This document shows, piece by piece, positions 39,312 through 52,590 of a DNA stretch of 64,000 nt. Below the pieces are notes generated by a model. It saw nothing but the letters and a program-made list of their open reading frames with translations, was not told the origin of the DNA and ran no database searches. This DNA is from Mobula birostris (taxonomy: Eukaryota). How positions within the stretch are numbered: position 1 is the stretch's first letter; every line of letters begins with the position of its first letter. The position numbers and the translations under genes were made by a program. The DNA lies in assembly GCF_030028105.1 (NCBI RefSeq), contig NC_092374.1:40867016-40931015 (forward strand). The letters are read 5' to 3'.

Positions 39312-40263
39312 TAAGACCATAACACCTTAAGACATGGGAACAGAATTAGGCCATCTGGCCCATTGAGTCTGCTCCACCATTCAATCATGGCTGATTCTTT
39401 TTTGCTATCTCCTCCTCAACCCCAGTTCCCAGCCCTCTTCCTGTAACCATTGACGCCATGTCCAATCAAGAACCTATCAATCTCTGCCTTAAATACATCC
39501 AACGACCTGGCCTCCACAGCTGCATGTGGCAACAACTTCCACAAATTCACCACCCTTTGGATAAAGAAATTATTCCGCATCTCTATCCCGAGGTTGTGCC
39601 CTCTTGTCTTTTGCACCACGGGAAACATCCTTTCCATATCTACTCTTTCTAGGCCTTTCAACATTCATTCCAATGAGATCTCCCCCCCCCCCATCCTTCT
39701 GAATTCCAGCGAGTACAGACCCAGAGCCATAAAATGTTCATCATATGATAACCCTTTCACTCCTGGAATCATCCTTGTGAACCTTCTCTGGACCCTCTCC
39801 AATGCCAGCACATCTTTTCTAAGATGAGGGGCCCAAAAATGTTCACAATACTCAAGGTGAGGCCTCACCAGTGCCTTATAAAGCCTCAGCATCACATCCT
39901 TGCTCTTGTATTCTAGACCTCTTGAAATGAACGCTAACGTGGCACTTCCATTCAGCACCACCGACTCAACCTGCAAGTTAACCTTCAGGGTGTTCTGCAC
40001 AAGGACTCCCAAGTCCCTCTGCATCTCAGATTCCTGGATTTTCTCCCCGATTACAAATTAGTCTGCACATTTATTTCTACTACCAAAGTGCATGACCATG
40101 CATTTTCCAACTTTGTATTTCATTTGCCATTTTCTTGGCCATTCTCCTAATCTGTCGAAGTCCATCTGCATCCTAACTGTTTCTTCAACACTACCTGCCC
40201 CTTCACCAATCTTTGTATCATTTGCAAACTTGGCAACAAAGCCAACTATTCCTTCATCTAAAT
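39312..40263 (-). mobile_element. CR1 3' fragment
   Basis: AKFANDTKIG; QRDLGVLV; LYKALVRPHLEYC; LERVQRRFTRMIPG; FFIQRVVNLW. Confidence 0.9.
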
Positions 40264-40452
40264 CTTTCTTTCCCATTCTGATGTTTGGTCTGAAAAACAA
40301 CGGAACCTCTTGACCATGTCTGGAAGCTTTTATGCATTGAGTTGCTGCCACATGACTGGCTGATTAGATATTTGCATTAATGAGCAGGTGTACAGATGTA
40401 ACTAACAAAGTGGCCACTGAGTGTAAATCACCATTTAACCTTTATCACAATA

Positions 40453-41971
40453 CAGGTGTCCCCCGCTTTTCGAACGTTCGCCTTACGAAACCTCACTGTT
40501 ACGAAAGACCTACATAAGTACCCTGTTTTCGCTAACAGGTGTTTTCACTGTTAAGAAAAAAATCAGCGTGCGAAAAAATCAGCGCGCAGTAAAAAAAGCA
40601 GCGCATGCCCCAAGCAGCCACTGTCCCCCGGATTCGGAACGGCATTGCTTAAACACGTTGCATTGAGCAGCTGTTAGCAAGATGAGTTCCAAGGTGTCGG
40701 AAAAGCCTGAAAGAGCTCGTAAGAGTGTTACACAGCGTAAAACTAGACATAATTATGCATTTCGATCGTGGTGAACGAAGTAAGGACAACGTGAGTTTGG
40801 CTTGTGGAAGCTGACAAAGATGATGTTGAAGAGGTTTTGGCATCCTATGACTAAGAACTGATAGATGAAGAGCTGATGCAATTGGAAGAGGAAAGGATTT
40901 AACAATCGAAACTGAATTCATTAGCGAAATGAACGTGAAGCAACTGCATGAGATTTTCGCTGCAATGATAATGTATGACTTTAATTTTGAAAGGGTACAT
41001 AGGTTTAGGGGATATTTGCAGGATGGTTTGAGTGCTTACAAAGAACTGTATGATAGAAAAATGCACGAGGCTCAACAGTCAAGCAAGCCTTCCACATCAG
41101 CCACAGCAGACAATGAACCTCGACCTTTGACATCGAGGCGGGCAGTCATAGAAGATGAGCTGCCTGCTCTAATGGAAACAGATGACGATGAGGTGACACC
41201 CCAGTGTCCCACCACCCCAACCCCCAGGCTACGGACAGCTACCGATTCGTGGAGAATGCAGTGGTAGCCTGGAGGCACACACCACATCTTTAAGAAAAAA
41301 GCTGAAACAAACATGTTAATTAATTAGGTGCAATCAGCAATCTCCTCTGATCTGGTGTCAAGCGGCACCTAATTAATTAGCATGTTTATTTTGGCTTTTT
41401 TCTTAAAGATGTGCTGGATGCGTCCTAGCTACTGCTGGACCCCTGCGTGCTTTGCGGCAATGTATCGCTCAGCAGCCTGGAGGGTGGGGGCCACTGCACC
41501 ACCCCAACCTGAGATGACTCAGTCTAACACACCATCAGTGTGCTCGGCACTGTCCCGATTCCGTTAAGTGACACTACACTGTACATACATTATTTCTACT
41601 TTATATCGGCTGTGTATTTTTCTGTGTTATTTGGTACGATTTGGCAGCATCATAGCTTAAAGGTTACTGGAGAGAGTGTTTCTGCCAACAGTGCTTGTGT
41701 GAGATTTTCGCTACGGAAATGATTGTGGAAAAGTACTTCTACTTTATATAGACTGTGTATTTATCATATCATTCCTGCTTTTACTATATGTTACTGTTAT
41801 TTTAGGTTTTATGTGTTATTTGGCATGATTTGGTAGGTTGTTTTTGGGTCTGCGAACGCTCACAAAATTTTCCCATATAAATAAATGGTAATTGCTTCTT
41901 CACTTTACGACATTCCGGCTTACGAACAGTTTCATAGGAATGCTCTACCTTTGGATGGCAGGGGAAACTTG
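40453..41971 (+). mobile_element. Tigger/pogo-family element, internally deleted (copy 2, inverted relative to copy 1)
   Basis: ta|CAGGTGTCCCCCGC...GGGGAAACTTG|ta; reverse complement of 36454-38073 with indels. Confidence 0.85.
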
Positions 41972-42961
41972 TACTTTAAAAAAAAATCTCTATTTCACCT
42001 ATAGCTTATTACACATAAGTACACATAAGGAGGGCACAGTGACTTTAATCTAATCTGAACATTGACTGAAAAGATATTACATTAACAATCATGTAGAAGA
42101 ATTAATTCTTTTTAGACTCCACTGCTTTCAATGGCGTTAAAGTACTTCGTTGTCAATTCAAACAGCTAATGGTTACAAAATAGAAGCAAGTTGTTTTGAG
42201 CAGCTGAAATCCGATAGAGGTAGATATCATTGCTTTTACTTAATGTCATTGGGCAACCTGCATAAGAGAATGCTAAAGGGCAGATCTCCTGCAGCAGGCT
42301 AAATCAGTCAGGCTGAAAGAGATCAACATGCAGAATACCAAAGATACTTACCAGAACTCCTTGTGTGCTAGATGCAGTTGTCACCCTGCATGACTTGATG
42401 TAGCTAGTTGACACGGTATAAACTTTTGGAACTGCTGACATTAGCCGTCCTATCAATACTTACGATGTCACTAATATTATAAGTATCTTACGAATTCAAG
42501 TTGCTACTGTGTATTAAATCTCTCACCTTCCACATTTTTCTGCTCTTCTAACAAGCAATAGATTATGCTCTTTAACATTTTATTTTATAGAAAGAAATAT
42601 TGCATAAGAGAACTGGATTTACAATAATCCAATAATTTAAAAAAAAAAGAAATTTTCAACGGTTCTTGTTTCAGTCAAAGCAAGCAGCTGAGAAGAAGGG
42701 ATTGAAGAAATCGGGTAGAAAAAGTCATTTTTTTTTAAACACTGCTCGGGGAGAAGGGTCTGCACTGCGCAGGCGTGTGACGTAGCGCGCCAAGGTTTAA
42801 AAGCAGACCTCCATATACAGCGGCCATCGTTGTAGCGGTCATTGTCGGAGTGGACTGAGTCAGAGTGGGACGGCTTTGGCTCAACAGGTTGCGGCGAGAA
42901 TAGGCAGAGGCCAGGGCAGGTTCCGGTAAGTTTTATGTTCCGATTGTTTAGAGTAGAGAGA

Positions 42962-43900
42962 ATGCCAGGCAGGATGTTGGAATGCTCCTCTTGCAGGATG
43001 TGGGAAGTCAGGCAGCCCTCCGGTGTTCCTGACAACGACACCTGCAAGAAGTGCATCCAGCTGCAGCTCCTAACAAACCACGTTAGGGAACTGGAGCAGG
43101 AGCTGGATGACCTCCAGATCATTCGGGAGAATGAGGAGATTATAGATAGTAGCTACAGGGAGGTAGTTACGCCAAAGGAGCAGAGGACAGGAAATTGGGT
43201 CACTGTCAGGCGAGGGAAGAGGAAAGGGCAGGCAGAGCAGGGTTCCCCTGTGGCCATTCCCCTCAACAACAAGTATACCGCATTGGATACTGTTGGGGGG
43301 GGGATGACTTACCTGGGACAAGCTGCAGTAGCCGGATCTCTGGCACTGAGTCTGGCTCTGCAGTACAGAAGGGAGGGTGGAAAAAGAGGAGAGCGGTAGT
43401 GACAGGGCACTCGATAGTTAGAGGTGCAGATAGGAGGTTCTGTGGTCGTGACAGAGAATCCAGGATGGTTTGTTGCCTCCCGGGTGCCAGGGTCAAGGAT
43501 GTCTCTGATCGGCTTGCGTGACATTCTGAAGTGGGAGGGTGATCAGCCAGATGTCGTGGTGCACATCGGTACCAATGACATAGCAAGGAAGAGAAAGGAG
43601 GTCCTGGAGAGTGAGTATAGAGAGCTTGGTAGGAAGTTGAAAAGCAGGACCTCAAGGGTGGTAATCTCAGGATTGCTACCCGTGCTACGTGCCAGTGAGG
43701 GTAAGAATAGGATGCTCTGGAGGATGAACAAGTGGCTGAGGAACTGGTGTAGGAGGCAGGGTTTCAGATTTCAGGATCATTGGGACCTCTTCTGGGGCAG
43801 GTGGGACCTGTACAAGAGAGACGGGTTACACTTGAACTACAGGGGGACCAATATTCCTTCAGGGAGGTTTGTTAGTGCTATTGGGGAGGCTTTAAACTAG
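42962..43900 (+). pseudogene. CR1 ORF1 (C4 zinc finger, coiled coil, SGNH/GDSL esterase), two frameshifts
   Basis: CSSC...CKKC; LTNHVRELEQELDDL; GHSIVRG, VVHIGTNDI, DGLHLN. Frameshifts at the G-run near 43300 and near 43515. Confidence 0.9.
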
Positions 43901-43902
43901 AT

Positions 43903-46832
43903 TTGCAGGGGGATGGGAACCAGAGTGCCACAGTTGACAGTGTGGCTAGGGTGAAAATAAATGATGTTAAAAGTTCAAGCAAATCCGCTGATAGAAAGGT
44001 TGTGAGTGGTGGTAAAAATCTTCTGAGGTGTATATATTTCAATGCTAGGAGTATTGCGGGGAAGGCGGATGAGTTGAGGGCATGGATTGACACGTGGAAT
44101 TATGACGTTATAGCAATTAGTGAAACTTGGCTACAGGAGGGGCAGGACTGGCAGCTTAATATTCCAGGGTTCTGATGTTTCAGATGTGATCGAGGCAGAG
44201 GAATGAAAGGTGGGCGAGTAGCATTGCTTGTTAGGGAAAATATTACAGCAGTGCTCAGGCAGGACAGATTAGGGGGCTTGTCTACTGAGTCCTTATGGGT
44301 GGAGCTGAGAAACAGGAAAGGTATGGCCACGTTAGTGGGATTGTATTACAGACCACCCAATACTCAACGAGACTTGGAAGAGCAAATCTGCAGAGAGATA
44401 GCAGGCAACTGCAGGAAACATAAAGTTGTGGTGGTAGGGGATTTTAATTTTCCATACATTGATTGGGACTCCCATACTGTTAGGGGTCTAGATGGTTTAG
44501 AGTTTGTAAAATGTGTTCAGGAAAGTTTTCTAAATCAATATATAGAGGGACCAACTAGAGGGGATGCAATATTGGATCTCCTGTTAGGAAACGAGTTAGG
44601 ACAAGTGACGGAAGTCTGTGTAGGGGAGCACTTTGGTTCCAGTGATCATAACACCATTAGTTTCAATTTGATCATGGACAAGGATAGATCTGGTCCTAGG
44701 GTTGAGGTTCTGAACTGGAAGAAGGCCAAATTTGAAGAAATGAGAAAGGATCTAAAAAGCGTGGATTGGGACAAGTTGTTCTCTGGCAAAGATGTGATTG
44801 GTAGGTGGGAAGCCTTCAAAGGGGAAATTTTGAGAGTGCAGAGTTTGTATGTTCCTGTCAGGATTAAAGGCAAATTGAATAGGAATAAGGAACCTTGGTT
44901 CTCAAGGGATATTGCAACTCTGATAAAGAAGAAGAGGGAGTTGTATGACATGTATAGGAAACAGGGAGTAAATCGGGTGCTTGAGGAGTATAAGAAGTGC
45001 GAGAAAATACTTAAGAAAGTAATCAGGAGGGCTAAAAGAAGACATGAGGTTGCATTGGCAATCAAAGTGAAGGATAATCCAAAGAGCTTTTACAGGTATA
45101 TTAAGAGCAAAAGGATTGTAAGGGATAAAATTGGTCCTCTTGAAGATCAGAATGGTCAGATATGTGCGGAACCAAAGGAAATGGGGGAGATCTTAAATAG
45201 GTTTTTTGCGTCTATATTTACTAAGGAAGCTGGCATGAAGTCTATAGAATTGAGGGAATCAAGTAGTGAGATCATGGAAACTGTACAGATTGAAAAGGAG
45301 GAGGTGCTTGCTGTCTTGAGGAAAATTAAAATGGATAAATCCCCGGGACCTGACAGAGTGTTCCCTCGGACCTTGAAGTCTCTAGTGTTGAAATTGCGAG
45401 GGTCCTGGCAGAAATATTTAAAATGTCTCTGTCTACGGGTGAGGTGCCGGAGGATTGGAGAGTGGCTCATGTTGTTCCGTTGTTTAAAAAAAGGATCGAA
45501 AAGTAATCCAGGAAATTATAGGCCGGTAAGTTTAACGTCGGTAGTAGGTAAGTTATTGGAGGGAGTACTAAGAGACAGAATCTACAAGCATTTGGATAGA
45601 CAGGGACTTATTAGGGAGAGTCAACATGGCTTTGTGCGTGGTAGGTCATGTTTGACCAATCTATTGGAGTTTTTTGAGGAGGTTACCAGGAAAGTGGTTG
45701 AAGGGAAGGCAGTGGATATTGTCTACATGGATTTCAGTAAGGCCTTTGACAAGGTCCCGCATGGGAGGTTAGTTAGGAAAATTCAGTCACTAGGTATACA
45801 TGGAGAGCTGGTAAATTGGATTAGTCATTGGCTCAATGGAAGAAGCCAAAGAGTGGTGGTAGAGAATTGCTTCTCTGAGTGGAGGCCTGTGACTAGTGGT
45901 GTGCCACAGGGATCAGTGCTGGGTCCATTGTTATTTGTCATCTATATCAATGATCTGGATGATAATGCGGTAAATTGGATCAGCAAATTTGCTGATGATA
46001 CAAAGACTGGAGGTGTAGTAGACAGTGAGGAAGGTTTTCAGAGCCTGCAGAGGGACTTGGACCAGCTAGAAAAATGGGCTGATAAATGGCAGATGGAGTT
46101 TAATACAAACAAGTGTGAGGTATTGCACGTTGGAAGGACAAACCAAGGTAGAACATACAGGGTTAATGGTAAGGCACTGAGGAATGCAGTAGAACAGAGG
46201 GATCTGGGAATAGAGATACAAAATTCCCTAAAAGTGGCGTAACAGGTAGATAGGGTCGTAAAGAGAGCTTTTGGTACATTGGCCTTTATTAATCAAAGTA
46301 TTGAGTATAAGAGCTGGAATGTTATGACGAGGTTGTATAAGGCATTGGTGAGGCCAAATCTGGAGTATTGTGTTCAGTTTTGGTCACCAAATTACAGGAA
46401 GGATATAAATAAGGTTGAAAGAGTGCAGAGAAGGTTTACAAGGATGTTGCCAGGACTTGAGAAACTCAGTTACAGAGAAAGGTTGAATAGGTTAGGACTT
46501 TATTCCCTGCAGCGTAGAAGAATGAGGGGAGATTTGATAGAGGTATATAAAATTATGATGGGCATAGATAGAGTGAATGCAAGCAGGCTTTTTCCACTGA
46601 GGCAAGGGGAGAAAAAAAACCAGAGGACATGGGTTAAGGGTGAGGGGGGAAAAGTTTAAAGGGAACATTAGGTGGGGCTTCTTCACACAGAGAGTGGTGG
46701 GAGTATGGAATGAGCTGCCAGATGAGGTGGTAAATGCCAGTTCTTTTTTAACATTTAAGAATAAATTGGATAGATACATGGATGGGAGGTGTTATGGAGG
46801 GACATGGGCTGTGTGCAGGTCAGTGGGACTAG
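43903..46832 (+). pseudogene. CR1 ORF2 (APE endonuclease + reverse transcriptase), disrupted
   Basis: YFNARS, ISETW, VGDFN, SDH; NYRPVSLTS, GVPQGSVLGPLLF, FADDTK. Stops at 44173 and 46240; compensating frameshifts about 45375-45490; a further frameshift near 46620. Confidence 0.93.
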
Positions 46833-46907
46833 GCAGAAAATGGTTCGGCACAGTCAAGAAGGGCCAAAAGGTCTGTTTCTGTGCTTTAGTTTCTATGGTT
46901 TCTATTA

Positions 46908-47706
46908 CAGGGGTCCCCAACCTTTTTTGCAACGCGGACCAATTTAATATTGACAATATTCTTGCGGACCGGCTGTCCCGGTGGGGGGGGGGGGGGGGGG
47001 GGGGTGTTCAACTAGGGTTAAACTCTCTTCAACATGCCTTTTACAGTTAGGGTTGCCAACTTTCTCACTCCCTAATAAGGGACAAAAGTAGCAGTCAAAT
47101 CCCGGGACACTTTACCCCAGGAAAGACTACCATGACCATGAAGCCTCGCGCGGGCACCTGTGTGCGCATGCGTGACTGAGCATGTGATGTGCGCGTACAT
47201 GCCTATTTTTTCCCCCCACAAATCGCTTTTGCCTTCATCTTCCTGACTACACTGTACATACATCATTTCTACTTTATATAGGCTGTGTATTTATCATATC
47301 ATTCCTACTTTTACTATATGTTAGTGTTATTTTCGGTTTTATGTGTTATTTGGTATGATTTGGTAGGTTTTTTTGGGTCTGGGAATGCTCAAAAATTTTT
47401 CCCATATAAATTAATGGTAACTGCTTCTTCACTTCACGCCATTTCTGCACGAAAGGTTTCATAGGAATGCTCTACCTTAGCGGGGGAAATACAGGACAAG
47501 GGCGGTCCCGTATGGGACAAACCAATTTAGCCCAATATATGGGATGTCCCGGTAAATACGGAACAGTTGGCAACCCTATGTTCAAGTTCAACGGTGGGCA
47601 TGACAGGGAATGAGGAAAGGTGCAGCTGACTCATTATCGCCAAATCATATCGTTTCCTCGCGGCCCGGTAGCACATGCTTTGCGGCCCGGTGGTTGGGGA
47701 CCACTG
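46908..47706 (-). mobile_element. Mosaic hAT MITE with Charlie-type ends matching 1201-3177 and internal captured modules
   Basis: CAGGGGTCCCCAAC...GTTGGGGACCACTG. Termini are reverse complements of the 1201-3177 ends. Inner TAGGGTTGCCAAC/GTTGGCAACCCTA pair and a Tigger-end segment. Confidence 0.8.
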
Positions 47707-48442
47707 ATCACTAAAATCCCTGAGTGTGCTTCACTTATGATAGGTACAAACATTACACCTGTATTTGTAAAGATTTTAGCAAAATGTCCATTTGAAATTG
47801 CGAATACATATTACAACGATGGTATACAAAGAGCTGTCATAATAAAACAATTGGTTCCAGATTTGTCATTAGAGTTGGTAACAGGCTGAGAATTTGCAAT
47901 ACAGTTATACTTCAAGAGGACAAACATGTTTCAGTTGTAGGTTTTGTCTATCAAACAAATTTAACTATAATGAACAACCAAATAAACATTTGAAATAAAA
48001 AGGTACAGATCTTTGGCTTTACTTACTCATAGTAATAAGAAAAATGGTAGCGGCAAGTATAATACCAAGTTTAGAAGACATTTGGATAAGTAAGCTAGGA
48101 AAGGTTTAGAGAGATATGGGTCTAAGTCCCTTTTGCCTGCATTCCTCAGGATGGCACCTTGCTCAGTGTGGACAAGTTGGGCTAAAGGCCCTGTGTTCAT
48201 GCTGTATAAATTTATGACCATGAATGGCTCACAATCTAATTTTTGAGGGAAATGTACATTGTAACTTTCAGAAAACTAGATTTTATTTTGATACATAGAA
48301 GAATTACATTAAGGACAATTACTCTAAACCGCATCAATATTCTTTACCTGTATAAGAGTTATATGTTAACTCCATTTATCTGTTATCTCTCCTAATAATC
48401 TTATTTAATAAATAGCTATGGATTTTAGTCAAAAAGCTGTAC

Positions 48443-48560
48443 CTGGTCTTTCACCATCTCTTCTGCAGTTCCTTCAAGACCCAATTCATAACACAGCCTT
48501 ATGAACAGAGGTCCAAACTTAAATTCTCCAAAGGCCATGTTTTTGTTTTCAGCATGGTAC
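48443..48560 (-). CDS. PTCD2: PTCD2 exon 4 (118 nt)
   Basis: ccaacag|GTACCA...GACCAG|gtacag; [39 protein letters not shown]. Confidence 0.96.
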
Positions 48561-49289
48561 CTGTTGGCAAACCATTATTGTACTTCATATTAATGGCACA
48601 GAATTATACAAAATGATAGTGCCCAAATCAGTTATTAAAACTCCCAACAACTGTTGTTCTAGCTTATGATATAACTGATTAACTTTGCACTTAAGTTATT
48701 ATGTTATCTTCATACCAACACAATTATCAGTATTTTAAGGAACTAAATATATTACCCACTTTAACAAAACAATTAGCTCTTCAAAATTTGGACAATGAGG
48801 AATTACTGGAATTGCAGGAAGGATGATAAGACATTAATGACTTGGAGAGAAGAGAAATTCAGGCACTTGTATCAATAACAATGAGAGAATAGTTTTCAGG
48901 AAGTTGTTCAAATTCCTCAAGAGAGGAGAGGGAGAAAATATGCGGATGGGCCAGTATTTAAACCTGTAATTGACAAATGGCCCAGGGAAATACTTGTTAA
49001 ATTGTTATGATTGGCAATACTTTTCCTAAAATGGATTTAAGCAGATCACTGTGCAACAGTGACTTTTAATGGGGATTACAGGACCATGGAAAATAAAAGA
49101 TTAGTGGGAGCAGATGAATGAATCTTTCAAAAATCCGGCACAAACATGAATAGCTTTCTTTTGGTAACTGCAAACCTATATTGTTAGTCACCATTTCAAT
49201 TTCAAGCCCACCACTGTTGTCATGACAGGAAGCTACCGATCAGTTCTGGCTGACAACCCAATAGATAACCCACCATTTCTTTTCACGTG

Positions 49290-49510
49290 CTTATTTATAG
49301 ACAGACAGCGCGGAATAGGCCTTTTGAGCCGCGCTTTGCTGGCCAGCAATCTCCCGATTTAATCCCAGCCTAATCATGGGACAATTTACAATGACCAATT
49401 AATCTTCCAACCAGTATGTCTTTGGGCTGTGGGAGGAAACCCACATGGTCATGGTAAGAAGCCAGATTGCTGCTACCATAAAGCATTGTGTTAACCACCA
49501 TGCTACCGTG
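49290..49510 (-). mobile_element. V-SINE fragment
   Basis: gtgggtttcctcccacagcccaaagacatactggttgg on minus; tail resembles 14283-14408. Confidence 0.6.
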
Positions 49511-49862
49511 TTGTTAAGAAGCAAAAAACATCCAGTGTTCCTTAACGTAACTGATTTATTTCAACCTCCCATTTGTACTTGATGAATCTTTTGTTCTGAC
49601 GTGCTCAAATGATCACTTTAGATGAAGTAAAGGTTGAGGTTAGAGAGGAGGGTTTCGAAACTGTCCAACAATTTACTTCTGCTTCCCCGTTGCACTATTC
49701 ATTGTTTTCCCATTAGAAAGTCAACAGCTCCATTAGGGAAGGACTCCCTGCAACACTGACAAGATCCTGAGAGACAATCGGATTTTCGCCACAGTGTTTG
49801 CACTTTCACTGTTGGAATAAGCCTGGGCTGGAGTACAAAGAGCTTTCCTTCCTTCATAAATA

Positions 49863-49888
49863 AATAGATAAGATAGATAGATAGATAG
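49863..49888. repeat. (GATA)n microsatellite
   Basis: Seen directly. Confidence 0.85.
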
Positions 49889-50764
49889 CAGCAAAATCTG
49901 CAGGATTACTGCTTCAGTATGTTCCTTGCAGCAACACTGGAGCTTTTCTAGGTATCATCAGGAGTTGTTGAACACTGGAAACAAACAGATTGGCTATTGA
50001 TCTTCTCAGCTTTCACAGAGCGATTACTCAGCAGTATTTATTAGGCACGTAGCTGTGGGGCTTGCTTTGGGATCTGGAAGCTGTGGTGTAAGGCTACAAG
50101 ACAGTTGGAGCTAGGATTTTACAGAGAGAGAGCCAGGAAAAACAGAAGCAACGCAGTATTTTTTCGGGTTACCACAAGGTTTGGAAGCAATAGCTTGCTT
50201 TCTGACGAAGAATGCTTGATTCATTTTGGTTGTTTCATTAACTGAGGCTATCACTTCATAACAGTTGTCTTAAAGTGGACATGAAAAAATCATTGCACTT
50301 CTTATTGGACCTTAATACTCACATGGTTACATATTTCCCAAGTCTGTATTTCACACTGTTTCTTATCATGTTACCAGATTTACAGAGTAATCTATGCATC
50401 AGAAATTCCTGCATTACTTTTATAATGTAGGCATAATTGCATAACCAAAGAATGATCGGATGATGACTACTTTTAAGACTGATGAGAACTTGATTACTTT
50501 TTAGAACTCAATCTGTTAGGAGTAATTTCAATTGATAACAGTGATTGGTCTATACTTGCCAGCAAAACCAGTTTCTCTCTTCCCCCCCACAATCCATCCC
50601 CTCTACAGACACAGCCTGCCCAGACAATTTCATACAGCGTTTTCTAGTTTTACTTCAGCTTTCAAGCATCTGCAGCATTTTGCTTTCTAGGTTGTCCAAT
50701 CCCTCCACACCTTCATCCCACACCAGGACAGCCTCACAACACTTCACTTCTTCCTGGAATATAG

Positions 50765-52590
50765 TCACAAGACCACAAGACATAGGAGCAGAATTAGGTC
50801 ATTCAGTCCATCGAGTCAGCTCCACCATTCCAACTTGGCTGATCCTGGATCCCTCTCAACCCCATACACCTACCTGCCTTCTGGCCATATCCTTTGATGC
50901 CCTGACCAATCAGGAAATGATCAATTACCGCATTAAATATACGCGCTGACTTGTCCTTCACCGCAGTCTGCGGCAGAGCATTACACAGATTTACTACCCT
51001 AGCTAACAAAATTCCTCCTTACTTCTGTTCTAAAGGGTTGCCCCTCAATTTTGAGGTTTTGCCCTCTAGTTCTGGATACGCCCACAATAGGAAACATCCT
51101 CTCCAGATCCACCCTATCTAGTGCTTTCTAGTCCTGGCTGTTATGTAGTCCTTAACATCCTTTGTCAGCCACAGTTGCCTATCCCTGCCATTTGGGAACA
51201 ACTTCTTCTGTGGGATATATCTATCCTGCACCTTGTCTACTATTCGCAGAAACTTCAGCCATCTCTGCTCTGCCATCATTCCCGCCAGTATCCTCTCTAA
51301 TCCACCTGGGCAAGCGTCTCTCTCATCCTTCTATAATTCCCTTTATTCCACTGGAATACTGATACATTATGACTTGTGCTTCTCCCTATCAAATTGCAGT
51401 ATGAATTCAATCATATTATGATCACTGCCTCCTAAGCGCTCTTTTATGTTAAGCTTCCCTAATAAGATCAGGGTAATTACACAACACCCAATTTAAGATA
51501 GCCTTTCCCCAAGTAGGCTCAAGCACAAGCTGCTCTAAAAAGCCATTTCATAGGCATTCAACAAATTCCCTCCCTTGCAATCCGACACCAACCTGATTTT
51601 CCCAATCCCCTTGCATATCTGAAACCCACATCTTGGCTGCTATTTAGAGGGCTATATACAATTCCGATGATGGATATTTTACCCTTGCAATTTCTCAACT
51701 CCACCCACAAAGATCCAACATTCTCTGACCCTATGTTACCTTTCTAAAGATGTAGCTCGATCTCTTACTGCAGAGCCACACCAGCACCTATGCCTTCCTG
51801 TCCATCCTTTCAATACAAAGCATATCCTTTGATGTTAAGCTTCTCTTCTTTTAGCCACAACTCAGTGATGCCAACAATGTCATACCAACCAATCTCTAAT
51901 TGTGCCATCAGTTCATCCATCTTATTCTGAACACTGCATGCATTATATGTAGCGTTCATTCTTCATTCCTTCATCCTTTTGAATTTCGGCTCTGTGGTAC
52001 AATTTAACTCTTTGCTCTGTCTGCATTTGCACCCAATCATTGGCTTGTCCTCCCTTACATTCATTTTATACCCATCATCTACTTGTAAACCTGCTGGCTC
52101 ATCCTCAGCTCTACCATACTGGTTTCCATCCTCCGGCCATATTAATTTATATCACTCCCATCAGCTCTAGTAAATCTACCCACAAGAATACTGGTCCCCC
52201 TCGGATTCAAGTGCAACCCGTCCCTTTTGTACAGGTCGCACCTGCCCCAGAAGAAGTCCCAATTATCCAGAAATCTGAAACCCTGACCCCTGCTCCAATT
52301 CTTCAGCCAACACATTTATCTGCCACTTCACTCTAGTCCTATCCTCACTGTCACGTGACACAGGCAGCAATCCCAAGATTACAACCCTCGAGGTCCTGCT
52401 ACTCAACTTCCTTGCTAACTCCCCATATTCTGTTTTCAGGACCTCGTCCCTTTTTCTTCCTATGTCACTGTTACCAATAAGTACCACCTTCCCATTTCAG
52501 GATATTGTGGACAAGTCCAAAAACATCTTGGAACTGGCACTGAGAGGCAAACTACCATCCGTGTTTCCTTTTCGTGTCCACAGAATCGCC
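50765..52590 (-). mobile_element. CR1 remnant: ORF1 esterase and APE region joined to a 3' end (large internal deletion or two fragments)
   Basis: IGNSDIGRKRDEVLKTEYGELARKLSSRTSRVVILGLLPV (52263-52487); RVVNLCNALP and 3'UTR at 50765-51120. Confidence 0.8.

Larger units (their letters stand above)
38662..40423. mobile_element. Tc1-like non-autonomous element carrying nested PLE fold-back and CR1 insertions
   Basis: ta|CACTCAGTAGCCACTT...AAAGTGGCCACTGAGTG|ta; interior colinear with 17580-18112. Confidence 0.8.
42640..46905 (+). mobile_element. Near-full-length CR1 LINE in PTCD2 intron 4 (antisense to PTCD2)
   Basis: CpG-rich 5'UTR, ORF1 and ORF2, 3' tail tttctatggtttctat. 5' boundary approximate. 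Confidence 0.95.

Noticed and set aside
44203-46242. 679-aa RT ORF as a functional or retron-like RT system
   Set aside because: Ordinary CR1 ORF2 with stops and an internally frameshifted segment.
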